Part shown: one piece after another, positions 1 through 13,746 of the stretch | Layout of the letters: each line of letters starts with the position of its first letter | Numbering within the stretch: position 1 is the first letter of the stretch | Assembly (NCBI GenBank): GCA_051362555.1 | Contig: CM120646.1 | Location: 3,162,001-3,226,000 of the forward strand | DNA from: Lingula anatina | Taxonomy: Eukaryota; Animalia; Brachiopoda | Direction: 5' to 3' | DNA: 64,000 bases | Notes under the pieces: model-generated | Databases searched by the model: none | The model's input: the letters and a program-made list of their open reading frames with translations, nothing else | Told to the model about the DNA's origin: nothing | Made by a program: the position numbers and the translations under genes

Positions 1-152
1 AGAAGCATGTTTCAATTATGCTAATTAGCTCCCAAATCGAAGCAGATTTGAAGCATGTTTGCAGTACGATTGCAGTAGTCTACTGCGCTGAAGTATCTAC
101 TGCGTTTTCTTGCGGGATATATCAAGTCATATTGTTCATTTTGAATACTTAC

Positions 153-1741
153 TAATATAGCCGTTGGTAAGAAGAAAGCAAATCCTTCACAGCATATTGC
201 CACTGCCCATATCCCATGGACAAAAACTTTAGAACGCAAAGAACATGGCGGTTTCTGAATGAATATTGACCTGAAAACCATGCTGTGCATTCATTTATCC
301 TAGATATTCTAAGGGCAGCATCCTCAAGCCTATAAACAGTGTGTGTGTGTGTAGTTGTGGGTGTGCTCTTTTTCAAAATATGAAAAGGGTGAATTAAAAT
401 ATTGTAGTTTAAAACTGAATAACTGAGGATAGCCTTGGAAAGAAAGTAAAAATTATACTTCAAGAACAATGAATACTTTGAGAAGTGCATTTTCCAGATG
501 CAATTTCACTTCAGAACTTTTAAGAGAACAACGTTTTGCTTTGATGACATGAAACAAAATGGACATACTTTTCATCTGGTCCATCTTCATGCTGTACTAA
601 CGGAGGATTGCTGTACAAAGCAAGAAGAAGAAAACCAAAGGAACCATAAGAAGCAGCAAAAAGTCTGAATACCCAGTGCCATCCCAATGACGGGGCGGCG
701 CACACTTTAGCATCAACAGCATTTAAAATTGAAACACCTGGAGAGAGAGTAAAAACCTTATGACTAACATTACGTATTTGATTTAAAATAAAAACGCATA
801 TATGTAGATTGAGATGGAGGAGAGGAAGATACATGTTTTAGGTGTAGCATTTTACTTTGTTGGGAAGCCATGTACTTACCAAGGAATGACAGTATGGTCA
901 CCAGACTAGTTGAGAAAACATGAAACCGGTGAGACCATGGAAACCAAAGTCCAATCACTAAATAATTGCATACTGTACATAATCCGATGCCAGTTCCGGA
1001 TAAAACACCAAAAGATATAACTACAAATCGTGTATTATTGCTAAAAGACGCCAGTACCAGCCCCAGCACTGCAAGAAATAATCCGGTAGCTTTTATTTGC
1101 TGAAGACTCATCTGCCCGACGTTAGACAGTGCCATGTACATTGGGTTACTTAGGGATAGTTTGAACACAAAGTAAACTGATAGCGGTGCCCCTGTAAATG
1201 AGAGAAATTCATGTTAAGTCTTGTATCTGTGTATTACTCTGATTTATGTATGCGATAAACACCACTTTTTATAAAGAATCAAATCTGCTTTGAGGTACAA
1301 TAAATCCCCCCTTATTTTTAAAACCATTGCAAGTATACACCATTATTTTATTTTGTATTATAACACCGACCTCCTTGTCTTAAGATATAATTTACTTGAA
1401 AACCTGAACACAGAAGGTAACAGAGATGGGATAAAGATGAACAGAAAGAAAGCAAAAACCACAAGGTTCACAAAATCGTCAAACATGGAGAATTCTGCGC
1501 AGGCCATCCGCCAGTAGTGGTGTGACCAGCTGAGATGAAATGAAAAGAGATGAAATTTAATTTGATGAAAGTAAAGATAGACCTTACCTAGCAGTGCTAA
1601 AGACGATTCTGGAAAATCTATGTCCTGTTGAAAACATAATATTGTTGTCCCCCACGAACCTTCAATTCCAGTTGCAATCATAAATAAAAGAACAGTAATC
1701 CCCAGTACAAGCCATCCTCTGTAAATATCAAGAATTTTCAT
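153..1741 (-). CDS. SLC16/MCT-like MFS transporter, copy A (exons 1-4; exons 5-7 beyond left edge)
   Basis: Exons 1741-1588, 1191-880, 737-569, 270-153; GT-AG, phases match other copies; MKILDIYRGWLVLG..GIEGSWGTT, WFPWSHRFHVFS, LGWHWVFRL. Confidence 0.8.
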
Positions 1742-2119
1742 TACTGTACGTATTTGTTATTGTGTTATAATCTAATATGAGAACCCACGGAACGATGTCA
1801 ACCTGTCTAGACGGTTGAACCTTGACACCCAACGCTCTATATTCGTTATTGCATGTGCAACTGGTCGTATGAATATCAGTGTCTTTCTGCAAAAAAATGT
1901 TGATTATGTTTGAAACACATTGCAATATATATATTTGAATTGTTATGTGTATATAATTTCTTTTATTTCGGGTTACCTGTTAAAACATGTAGTTGCGGGT
2001 CCCTTGTCAATAACAAACAGCTAGGGAACAGTTTTCATATTGTTGACATGGTGTACCAAATAGTAATTTGATTAACACAAAGATGACGCCTTACTTAGCA
2101 CGGCAAGGGTCGAATCCTC

Positions 2120-2121
<2 letters not shown>

Positions 2122-2191
<70 letters not shown>
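2122..2191. repeat. (TA)n microsatellite
   Basis: About 35 TA units; paralogous positions carry (GT)n(GA)n at 12251-12309 and a compound repeat at 21361-21463. Confidence 0.95.
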
Positions 2192-2195
<4 letters not shown>

Positions 2196-2394
2196 GGCAA
2201 ATATAGATATAAAAGAATATCCTGTTGAAGAAGGTAGAGAAAATCGTTATATACAATATAACCTGGTTCCAGAAAACTTGTTATAACAAAATGGTATTTT
2301 AAACAAATAGTGTGCAGTCCTGACGTGACAACAGAGAATAATCTCCAGTGAAAGAAGATACAAGAAACTTTCGCTTTTACTGCAATATAAAAAA

Positions 2395-4118
2395 GCATGA
2401 CGCAATGCATGACGCAATGGACAGAAACGCTGCGTAGTGGCTTCCTGTGACGTCATGGATATATCCTGAGGAACAAATATGAGTAAAATTAACAAATATT
2501 ATAATGACAGCAGTGAAGGAGCAGATGGACAGTTGTGCGAACTGAAGTTGAAAGGTATTTGTTGTAACGCCCTTCAATATGTAAGATTTTGTTAGGACAA
2601 AAAAGGATAAAGCAAAATTATAGCCACTGTTGGGGAATAAACCTTGCAAACATAGTTATCTCATCACTTCTGTGAACAAAGCTAGTTCATTTAGTTTTGA
2701 CAATGAATGACGCATTTTGGATCTGTTTTCACAAAATTTTAAAGATAATTGATAAAGGATTCCATGGAAAATTGCCAGTTGTAAGAACTTAACCTATCTG
2801 CTATATATGGCCCTACAGTTGCAACGACACCTTTGCTGAAACGCACTGTCATGAGTAATGTATAGACATTATCTTCGTCCATGATTTCATTGTTGACAGC
2901 ATAAAACACAGCAATGTATACTCCAAGACAAAAACCTGAGGCTTAAAGATTATTTTAAGCTTTGGTTATAATAATTGCCATTTTCATTTGAACATAAAGT
3001 ATTCTTATCTATCCCTAGGAATGGTAGTCATAAAATGTGCATTAGCAACTGGATTCTGACCTCAATATTCTTGAAGCACGTGCGTGTCAATATTTTTGTT
3101 CTTTCTATGTAACAAGTTACACCTGCAATTGCGTTCAAAACGTAACTAACAGTGCCTTAAGGGTACATAAAATGTTGTTCTACATATAGGAATAACAACC
3201 AGAAGGCCAGAATTTAAAACCAAAAACACACTCACCAGCTCAATATACACATATAGCAGTCAAAGATGTCCATTTGATACAAAATGTATATTTGTTTCAT
3301 GTATACTTGTATTCCGTCGTTCTTATTACCTCTACCAAGGAAGTTTTGTTTTTAGTTTCGTTTGTGCGTTTGTCCGTTAGCAACATTATACCAAAACTTG
3401 TGAAGATTCTTTTGCCTATAGCTATTTATATTTGCCTGGTCTTACCAGCCAATACTTCGTCTGCTTGCAGTCAGACTTCATCTTCATCTTGCAGGAGTGT
3501 TTCAGACAAGGTAGTCGATGAATCGGCAGTGGCACACCTGACTAAACATTTTTCTATAGTACCTTGTATGAGATAATTAAATATACATTTTTTTATCCCA
3601 GGCACTCTTTTTTAAGCTTTAATAGACACTACAGAGTATTGAATATCAAGCCTGTATCTTTCTGATATACCATTATGTATACAATAGATGTACTTATCTT
3701 CAGGACATGTACCTTTACAAATGATAATTTACTCACTCCCCTTGACAGTTTCACCAAAAGAAATATATTAAGACCGCCTTTTATTAAGTATTAACTCGCC
3801 ATACCGAGCCATGCCGAGTGAAGGACCGCACGCCTTTTAGCCTCGAACCATAATTACGAAACTATTATGTTTCTATTTTTGTATTTTTGTATAATATACA
3901 CGTACGCCATCCTCAAATAAAGACATTGTTTTGTAATCTGGTGAACGCAAATATGAACCCGTACCTAGCAATGCGAGAGTCGACTCTGGAAAAGCTTAAT
4001 CCTGTTGAAAACACATAATTGTTGTCCCCCACGATTCTTCAATTCCAATTTAAGTCATAAAAAGGAGGATAGCAATCATCAGTACAACCCAGCCTCTGTA
4101 GATACCAGGGTATATCAT
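2395..4118 (-). pseudogene. SLC16-like pseudogene, copy B
   Basis: Exon1 4118-3965 with two in-frame TAA; exons 2-4 missing; exon5 only a 3' stub (~3270-3235) with TGA; exon6 2941-2798 with donor GT>AT; exon7 from 2465 truncated with a 12-bp duplication (gcatgacgcaat). Confidence 0.85.
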
Positions 4119-4731
4119 TACCAAGCGTATTTTACATTGGTTTATTATCCTGAACTGAGAGCATGCATGGTAGTAGGAAGTTTTGTCTAGACGGATTTAA
4201 AGGCAGTCATGAATGTGCATCAACCCACCTCGACAGTCTGCGCCTTGACAAAATTAACCGGCGCACCTGTGCGTCTGCGAGTGATCATGTGAATATTAAC
4301 GTTTTTTTCTTTCCGCTGCAAACATTGACTCCATTTAACACATATTGCACTATGATTATGATGTTAAAATTATGTAATTGATTTTATTTCTAGTCTCCTG
4401 CTTAAACATCTAGATGCGGGTCCCACATCAATGACAGACAATAAGGGAAGGGTTCACATTTTATTCACGCTTACTGGAACAGAGGATGGTGGCTTGGAGT
4501 ATGGAGAAAGCTAAAAATACAAATATAATTAAAATATTAAGTAAAGCTTGTTTAAACAGAAGCAACATAAATAAATGTTATTTTTAAGGTACACAAATAG
4601 TACCCAGCCCATAGGAGACTACGAAGAACAGTCTCCAGTGAGAGGATATATATACAAAAAGCTTCGCTTCTATTGCAACATTTAAATGTTCCAAGACAAA
4701 ATTTGTCTTTACCCTTACTAATGTTACTTAA

Positions 4732-6379
4732 AGGACAATGTTCATGTAAAAATCCATTTCTCGAATTTTGAAGATACAGCACTCAATCTATACACTAGAG
4801 GTATGTTTTAATCGATCCCCGCCATTTAAAAATTATAAAAACAATCTATTAGTAGAAAAAAAGCGTTTTAGTAAACCTCACCTCAATATGCAAAAATGAA
4901 GCAACAGATCTGGGTCACGTGGTACTGTGACGACAATCACGATAAAGGTCTATGAGACTCAACTGAGCTGCATGGTGACGGAGAAGTTAAGGAAAATTGT
5001 GTTGAACGGAGTTGAGGAATTTTCGTTATGCCTCGGTGTGTTGCCGTGGGATTCACCAAAATTGCAGCTCTCGTTGACAATCTTTCTTTGTCTGTGACGG
5101 TCTTCCGTGACTTACTTACTAACTTCGGTGACAATAGTTGCGATGCTCTAGATCATGGTCACCTCAGTTGGTTTAGATCATATCAAGAGCTGGTAGTCTT
5201 TCAGATTAACTGTCATCAGTTGGCAAACTTACTGATTGCTGATGCATTTTAAATGCATTGTAGTTGACCAAAAGCACAAGAACCTGTTAATTATGCACCG
5301 CTGCAATTCCCAAGCCAGGTAATAACAGGACAGCGTAATCACAGCAAATGTACCTCATATAGTAGCTTAATTTCCATTAATAATAAAATCATCATTTAAG
5401 TCAAAAATATTCTTGCGATTTAATAACTATTTTAATTTACCCAGAACGGTATATTTATTTTAAAGGCGGTTAACTGAAATATAGTTTTATGATTTGTTTG
5501 TGAAAATTGCCCATTTCACCCTGTTAGTTTGGAGGTCTAAGCTGGATCAAGTCCGTGTTAAAATTCCTATGAAGTTGTGCAGGAAAAATTCTTCCTTTCT
5601 TTCTCTAGCTCCTCGGTAAACCTGGTGTTCAGATTTTATCTAGTACCCCCAGGTCTACGGGAGCTGCGCTTTGTAACTAACGCACAGGTAGATTTTTACC
5701 TGAGATAACTGGAGTAAAGCTTAGATAGAGAGTGCGTTCGATACAAGCAAGACAAATTGAATGCCATTTAACCCTCTAATTAAGAGGTAAAGGAAGTTCC
5801 AGTTAGATGGATGATTAAGATAGGACTTGTAAAGGTAACGGGCATTGTTTACCTCAGTTTAATAAAAGTATGCAAGACGGAGTGTCAGCGGTTTAATAAA
5901 ATAAATTGAATTTCACAAATAACATGGACCTCATATGCAATAATCAACATTTCCCTTAACTCATTCAAATGCAGTGTTTTATACAACTTGGGATAACCAT
6001 AATGAAATGCTTGTTAAAGAAATGACTAGACGGGAAATGGTTTTACACAGCTTCACGAGGATTTTGACCCCTCGGGTAAGAGATTTGAATGAGTATAAAC
6101 TTTTATCAGAAGCCAGAGAAGGCATCTTACAGGTAGACAATGCAGCTCAGTTTGACAGCTAAGCACGCTCTGTTCTCCAGTGGCTCGATTGTCGTCATTG
6201 GACCACGTGACCACGTAGCTCATTAACTCCCAGGCCGAGCAAATAGGACGTTTTTTAAAGCCAAAAATTTACAAAATGAGCTTTTAATTTGTGTATTTGG
6301 ATAAAGATTTCGTTAGTTGGGCATGTTTTCTGAAGAATATGTTCCGTTCAAGCCATTCTGACGGCATGAAGGAAACCCT
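4732..6379. mobile_element. TTAA-target DNA transposon (Kolobok-like, non-autonomous)
   Basis: TTAA on both sides (4728-4731, 6380-6383), ends AGG...CCT with imperfect TIR (aggacaatgttcatg / catgaaggaaaccct); the paralogous empty site at ~15985-16010 reads gacttaagacttccacgtc. Confidence 0.7.
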
Positions 6380-6989
6380 TTAATACTTCTACGTCGTTTG
6401 AAGTTTGAATATCACGGTTCGTGTGCATGATTGTTGTAAAGTTAATTACTTACCCTTACACTCATTACAATTAGTAATAAAAGGGAAATCAAATAGATGA
6501 AAAGTTAGAGTGATATTGCGTGCAAATTAAGCTTCATCGAGTGTCAACAAGTGTAGAACATGTTTTTAGTGTCAGAAGAAGATGGAAAAGGTCAAAGTCA
6601 ATAACATTTAATGTGATTGGTTAATTTCATAACAGATTTTAATTTTGATCAACTGTTTATCACATGATAACTAAGTTTTGGACATGATTCAAGTATGAGT
6701 AATGCAAATAGTATTTTGGATGAGTTTAGTTGAAAACAAGGTTCTTAGACATTACCTAATAAGGGAATGTTCTATGGTAGAATAAACATGACAATGGAAA
6801 GTTTCTGGAAATCACGCCATAAACAATAAAAAGAACATAATTACACGTGTGATCAGTACGGAAAATTAGAGTATAAATATGGGTAAAATTGTATGAAAAT
6901 TAAGTGGTGAATAAACGATTGAAGACTCCAGAACCTCGTCGTCGTTATAATATGATGAATACGAGATACAGGGTAATAAAAGCTTCTTC

Positions 6990-7026
<37 letters not shown>

Positions 7027-7080
7027 GAAAAAGACGTGCAATTTATGCTGGACGATATGTCACAGTTTATTTCCAAAAAT

Positions 7081-10000
7081 TCAGTCAAAAGAATTGATGT
7101 TCTTCTTCCCTTCAAGGCTTTTCAAAAATATCCACTTCTTGTAGCATATGAGCAAAAGCGTAGCCAAAACGAACACGCCATAACATGACACAATGGACAG
7201 GAACACTGCGTAGTAGCTGCCTGTGACGTCACGGATATATCCTGAGGAAAAAATGAAGACTCGCATTACAATGACAACGGTGAAGTGGCAACTGAAGGTG
7301 TTTTAAACTTGATGTGAAAGGCTAGTATTAGTTTAACTACGCCCCTCAATGGGTATTTCAGCTTTACTAGAATGAAAAAACAAACAAATATTAAAGCTTT
7401 CGCTCTGGAGTGAACACTGCTTAAATATAAAAGATCAATCTCGTCATGTCATCGAACAGAATACAAAATCTTCACACTTAACGATGCACCTGTAGCCATT
7501 TTTTAAAAATACAGGGTGTCAAAATGCCAAGATGTTTTCAATAATAATTGAGCTAAGAGTCCATGAGGATTATTTTGTAAGACCTTAATCTACCTGCTAT
7601 ATATGGCCCTGCAGTTCCTCCGACACCTCCGCTGAAACGCATTGTCATGAATAATGTGTTAACATTTTCTCCGTCCATGATTTCATTGTTGGCGGCATAG
7701 TGGCCGGCATTGTATAGGCCAAGAAAAAATCCCGAGGCTAAAAAGGTATTTCAAGCCTTGGTTAGAATAATTGCCACTTAAATTTAACCAAAAATCATGC
7801 ATAGCAACGGCAGCCATATAATGTACATTAGCAACTGGATTCTGACTACAGTATTGTTAAATCACATGCATGTCAACATTTTTTTTTTTTGCTGGATCCA
7901 TGTAACATTAAGCCGACAATTACGTTAAAAAATTTAGTACCTTAAAGATACATATGCTGTTGTATTACATAGAGGAAAAACAATCAAAAGGCCGTAATTC
8001 AAATTTGAAACCGCACTCACCAGCGCAATATACATATATAGCAGTCAAAGATGTAGAATACGCAGCAATAATATTATTCACAGTGAGCAACGAAGCTTCC
8101 GCCAGGTTCGCCACCATAATATTTCCCTTCACATAGTCACCAACCAGAGATGCAAACGTCTGTCCAGTCATACCCATGATTCCGAACACTGCTATCACGT
8201 GCACTGCATCGTCTTCGTTATAACCGACGTCGGTCAGATATCTTGGCTAAAACAGGAAACTATGCAGTACATAGAAAAGGAGAGGTATTTTAAGATAAAG
8301 CTAAATTAAATAAATGCAATTCAAACACTGGGTGGACAAATGTTTTTGAATTCACATTTCAAAATAACGTGATGTATTAAGTGTACAAACCAATTGTGTA
8401 TATTTCAAATAAACATTCTGTTTTATTTTAGACGCTCTGTTTTAAGAGGCGTGCTCGTTAGAAACCCACTGTTTTTGTGCACCTCATAATCAACAGTTAT
8501 ACTGGAACTAAAACTAAATTTACAAGCTTCAAACAGCTTGATAAGTATTACTTGGGAAGCATTGTATTATATCCTACCCTCTTAAAGACGAAATAAATTC
8601 TTCGGACCTTCTAACAATAGGAATGTGGTTTTATTATTTGCCTTTGGTCACCACTTTACAAACATTTCATCTCAGCTGATGTTTTAACATTTAACCGTTT
8701 TTGAGTGTTAATTTTTCAGAATTTGTGACACTTGTGTTATAGTGCTGGAAACATTAAATAGTTGGCGGTAACTTTTTCATTAAAAATCAGTTTTTGTGCA
8801 TCGCTGTTCCCCTTTAACATTGCATGGACACACTATCAAATCTACTTAGATATGACAAATATATCAAGTTATATTGTTCACTTTGAATACTTACTAATAT
8901 AACCATTGGTAAGAAGAAAGCAAACCCTTCACTGCACATTGCCACTGCCCATATCCCATGGACAAAAACTGTAGAACGCAAAGACCATGGCGATTTCTGA
9001 ATGAGTATTGACCTGAAAGCCGTAATATGCATGCATATATTCTATATATTTTTGAGGCAGCAGCATATTAAATCCTCAAGCCTATATATACCTGTACATT
9101 GTGTGTTTGTGGGTGTGTGCTCTTTTTCAAAATATGGAAAAGGGTGTATTAAAAGTGGTAGTTTAAAACTGAATAGCTGAAGATAGCCTTGGAAAGAAAA
9201 TAAAAATTATACTTCAGGCATACTGAATACTTTGAAAACTGCATTTTTCCGGATGCATTTTCTTTTCCAGTACCTATAAGAGAACAACGTTCTGCTTTGG
9301 TTACAGGAAACAAAATGGACATACTTTTCATCAGGTCCATCTTCATGCTGTTCTAACGGATCATTGCAGTACAAACCAAGAAGAAGAAAACCAAAGGATC
9401 CATAAGAAGCAGCAAAAAGTCTGAATACCCAGCGCCATCCCAGTGAAGGGGCGGCGCACATTTTAGCATCAACAGCATTAAAAATTGACACACCTGAAGT
9501 GAGAGTGAGGACCTTATGACTAACTTCACGTATTTTATTTAAAATCCGAAACGTATGTATATAGGTTGAGATAGGTGCAGCAATTTACTTTTGTTGGAGA
9601 GCCATGTACTTACCAAGGAATGTCAGTACGGTCACCAGACTAGTTGAGAAAACATGAAACCGGTGAGTCCATGGAAACCAAAGTGCTATCACTAAATAAT
9701 TGCATACTGTACATAACCCAATGCCAGTTCCGGATAAAACACCAAAAGATATAACTACAAATCGTGGACTATCGCTAAAAGACGCAAGTACCAGCCCCAG
9801 CACTGCAAGAGATAATCCGGTAGCTTTAATTTGCCGAAGACTCAACTGCCCGACGTTAGACAGTGCCATGTATATTGGGTTACTTAGGGATTGTTTGAAT
9901 ACAAAGAAAACTGATAGCGGTGCCCCTGTAAAATGAGAGAAATACATGTTAAGTCTTGTATCTGTGTTTTACTCTGATTAACATTTCTGATTAACACCAC

Positions 10001-11050
10001 TCTTTATAAAAAATCAAATCTGCTTTCAGGTGCAATAACCCACCCACCCCTTATTTTTAAAACCATTGCAATTATACACCATTATCTTATTTTTATCTTA
10101 TAATACTGACCTCCTTGTGTTAAGATGTAATTTACTTGAAGACCTGAACACATAAGAAAACAGAGATGGAATAAAGATGAACAAAAAAGAAGCAAAGACC
10201 ACGTGTAATGAAATTGCCAGAAAACAAAACAGAAATGTAATATCAATCGATGTGAAGCAACCGAAGGAAGTAGAGTAATACATATATTTAGAAAGACTAT
10301 TGACGACAGGGAATGAGATGACCAGAGAAATCGACAAATGGATAACTGCAGGATGGAGACGGAATGGGCAGTACAGCTCCTCACCGAAAGATCAAAAGGT
10401 ACCCATGTGCTTGTCGAAGAAGATCATGTCTCCAGTAATCTTACTGGCAATGACGAATGGATCAGAGATATGGTCCCTCACTAAAATTCACATAAGAAAA
10501 GCTGGTCTTGGTGCAGAGGAGTATTGAAAAAATCATGCTCAATCAGACGAAGAAATACATGATCCCGAATGAAGTGATGACTTCACAAACAAAGGCATAC
10601 AGTGTACGTAGAAGACATAGCAGAAACTGTAAAAAGTCTATGGGCAGGACACCTTGCCAGAACGAACAGTAGGAAGTGGGTCATAATAATACCCCAAGGC
10701 ATGAAAAATGAGTCAAAGGAAGATTAAGAGAAGAGATGACGTTGAGCAGAAGGTCGGCAGTACATGGACACAAGTGGCACAAAACCTTCAAACATGGAGA
10801 TCTCTGTGGAGACCATCCGCCAATATTGGCGTGACCAGCTGAGATGAAATGAAAACAGATGTAATTATGATTTGATGAAAGTAAGATAAACCTTACCTAG
10901 CAGTGCTAAAGATGATTCTGGAAACTCTTCGTCCTGTTGAAAACACAATATTGTTGTCCCCCACGAACCTTCAATCCCCATTACAGTCATACCTAAAATA
11001 ATAGTAATCCCCAGTACAAGCCATCCTCTGTAAATATCAGGAGTTTTCAT
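7081..11050 (-). CDS. SLC16/MCT-like MFS transporter, copy C (427 aa)
   Basis: join 11050-10897, 9925-9614, 9493-9325, 9012-8895, 8246-8021, 7737-7594, 7241-7081 = 1284 nt open frame; PDIYRGW N-terminus (cf. SLC16 PDGGWGW), FGVLSGTGIGL, LGWRW, GPYIAGYIRDVTGSY. Confidence 0.85.
10390..10860 (+). mobile_element. RTE-like LINE 3' remnant in intron 1 of copy C
   Basis: KVPMCLSKKIMSPVILLAMTNGSEIWSLTK resembles the post-RT region of RTE-clade LINEs; ends in (tgaaa)n-like tail; homologous remnants at 20120-20745 and a 3' stub at ~1480-1560. Confidence 0.6.
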
Positions 11051-11450
11051 TACTGTACGTATTTGTTATTGTTACAATACCGTAGGGAGATCGGGGTTGC
11101 CGTCTATTTTGAAAATCCATGAAACGAACGTCAACCCGTCTAGACAGTTGAACCTTCACACCTAACGCTATATTCGCCTTTACATGTGCAACTGGTTGTA
11201 TGAATATCAGTGTCTTTCTGCTACAAATGTTGATTATGTTTGAAACACATTGCAATATATCTCCTTGTATTGTTATGTGTATATAATTTCTTTTATATCA
11301 GGCTACCTGTTTAAACATCTAGTTGCTGGTCCCTTGTCAATAACAAACACTAAGGGAACGGTTCACACATTATTGACAAAAACGGAGCAGGAAATGTATG
11401 GTGGTATGGTGTTCCATACTGTAATATGATGAACGCATAGAAGAAGCGTT

Positions 11451-12214
11451 CCCAGCGGGCAGATTATGTTGTTTTAACGTTGAAACAACGTTGAACCATA
11501 ACGTTGAGAAGACATTGGATAAACGTTGGATTTGAAAGTTGTGTCAGCCTCAGAAAACAACGTTGTATCAACGTCAGAAAACAATGTTATATCAACCCCA
11601 TCCAGCGGTAAATTAGCCTGGATTTGTTTAGCAGTAGGACATGCTTGATGGTTTAATATATGTAGGGTATAAATGTATGTCCTTTAAGTTAAATTGTCCA
11701 AGGTTTAGATTAATATATATAGTTCTTTTCTCATATATATATATAACAAAGTCACAGTCACCTCAACCTGTCTATCTATAACAGGTTACCAAGAACTGTT
11801 AACTCCATCACATTTACAGCAACTAATCTATCCTAGTGTTAGCTGACCTTGCAAGGAATTCAGTTTATTGGAATGTATTTCTGAATAACAAGTTAAGAAA
11901 ATTCACTAGTTAACTAAAGACACAAAACAACTGTCACTTTTACTTTAAAACCCTTTTGTTATTATTTTGATAAATTTAGTTACAGTATTGATAAACAAAG
12001 TATCACGTTTCAATAATTAATATTTTAAATTACAATCCATAACTGCAAGGTTGTGTCATTGACCAAAATACAACATTGAGTCAACGTCACATTATGACGG
12101 TGTTTCGACGTGGCTGGATCAACGTTGATTTTACGTTGGATTTAGGTAGATCAACGGCAATTCAACGTATCAACCTGTTTTCAACGTTGATCCAACGCAA
12201 CTATGCCTGCTGGG
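11451..12214. mobile_element. MITE with CCCAGC termini and AACGTT-rich subterminal repeats
   Basis: cccagcgggcagat..aacgttgaaa / tttcaacgttgatccaacgcaactatgcctgctggg inverted ends; absent from the paralogous upstream regions of A (~2090) and D (~21325). Confidence 0.75.
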
Positions 12215-12247
12215 CTTACTTATCAAGGCGAGAGCCGAACTCTTATA

Positions 12248-12250
<3 letters not shown>

Positions 12251-12287
<37 letters not shown>

Positions 12288-12309
12288 GTGTAAGAGAGAG
12301 AGAGAGAGA
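12251..12309. repeat. (GT)n(GA)n microsatellite
   Basis: Direct reading. Confidence 0.9.
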
Positions 12310-13139
12310 ATAAGGCATATACAGATATAAAAGGATGTCATGTAGAAGGTACTAAAAATTCTGAAAAAAATAATAACCTGCTTCCAGAAAACATGCTATA
12401 CCAAAATGATTATTTTAACAAATAGATCACAAACTTGACGGAACTAGGAATAATAATCTCCTGTGAGCGAAGATACAAGAAGCTTCACTTCTGTTACAAT
12501 ACCTGTATATACATACCTAGGGATGGTATATGATCATGGCGATATGCTGATTACTGAAGCCTGTCCATTTAGCCAAGCTTCAGTGAAGATCCAGGGCAAC
12601 CTCGAGCCGCTATCCAAAAATATATCTCTTCACTCGACATTTCTGCGTAGCGTCTTTAGGAAAACTCGGATTTAACCTCGATGTAGTCTAGAATTTCACG
12701 ACTACATCTTGGTTAAATCAGTCGTGTTCAGATAGTACACGTTTACCAATCAGAACCAATTATAAAGTGAACAGTTTTACCTTTAAATTACCAATCAAAG
12801 GAAAGATTCAAACGTGCGCACCGGACTGTACTTTACTTATAGACACATCTACCGGTAGCAATATAAAACAATCTCAACTAACACACTACATCGTCACAAC
12901 TGACTTTACTTGCGTTATATACCTACCAGTTGACAAATTAAAAATCTCTCACACTCTTAAAAATTAACATAAACTTTTCACGTTTAACAATTATTCTTTA
13001 TGATTTTATTACACTAAGTCATATCATATGGGTATGTTTTGAAAACGAGAATTAGTTTACATTTAAACCACGCGTGCATACAAATTATTTGCAAATCTAT
13101 AACTTTTTAACGAGGGTTGTGTGATTTACCAGACATACC

Positions 13140-13540
13140 GCTAAAAATCAAATTTATTCCCCCTTTGAACTTGTAATTACATGCAGCACATTAATGCTCT
13201 GAAAACCAGCACACGTATATTCCGAAACCGCCTCGTAGTAAAAGATGTCACGAAAACGTATAATTTTTACTCCTGTGGACTTGAAATAAACCTCCGTTTC
13301 ATTTTGACTATATTCCGTAACTGCCTCGTCGTCAGAAATAACAATAAAACTGGAATTATTACTCCCCTGAACTTGTAATAAACATCCGTCTGACTTTGAC
13401 TATATTCCGAAAGTGCCTACTTGTCAGAAATATCACCAAAGAGTAAATTTCTTTCTCCTTCCCACCTGTTAAAAATCAGTTTGACTATATTCTGGTCCGA
13501 CGCTCCTTGTTTATCCGAAATGTCACTAAAAAGTAGAGGT
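13140..13540. repeat. Degenerate tandem repeat (~80-90 bp units)
   Basis: Recurring ttgactatattccg..gcctcgt..gtcagaaatatcac..aaaa..tactccc..gaacttg, about 5 copies. Confidence 0.55.
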
Positions 13541-13746
13541 TTTGCCTTGGGACCTTTTTTCCACAGCAGTCCCAGCTAGGTGTGGCTCAGCTGAGACGCG
13601 CATGGTCAGCGTCGACGGTTGATTGAATATTTTTCAAGCCAGCTGAACGTCCACGATAAGTATTTAGCAAAAATTGATCAAATTGGTCAGATATTACATA
13701 AGAATTTGGCGGGAGGTGACCAGCGCAAGTGGACGAGTTTATTCTA

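Noticed and set aside
1742-1980. Non-coding 5' exon (AG 2 nt before ATG; acag/gtaacc about 235 bp upstream)
   Set aside because: The AG is absent in B, E and I and there is no polypyrimidine tract; not supportable without transcripts
3320-3420. ttattacctctaccaaggaag..gtttgtccgttagcaac, resembling a Helentron/mermaid-type repeat end near the B deletion junction
   Set aside because: Only one end is recognisable and boundaries cannot be defined
4937-5252. Short ORFs inside the TTAA element as transposase
   Set aside because: No recognisable catalytic motif
9700-9936. Recurring + strand ORFs (MHTVHNPMPVP.., MPKAMATEWGP.. at 18958, 40037, 46661, 54953, 61848)
   Set aside because: Antisense shadows of exon 2; their recurrence follows the conserved minus-strand coding sequence
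13140-13540. CRISPR-like spaced repeats
   Set aside because: Eukaryotic context, degenerate units without unique constant-length spacers, no cas genes
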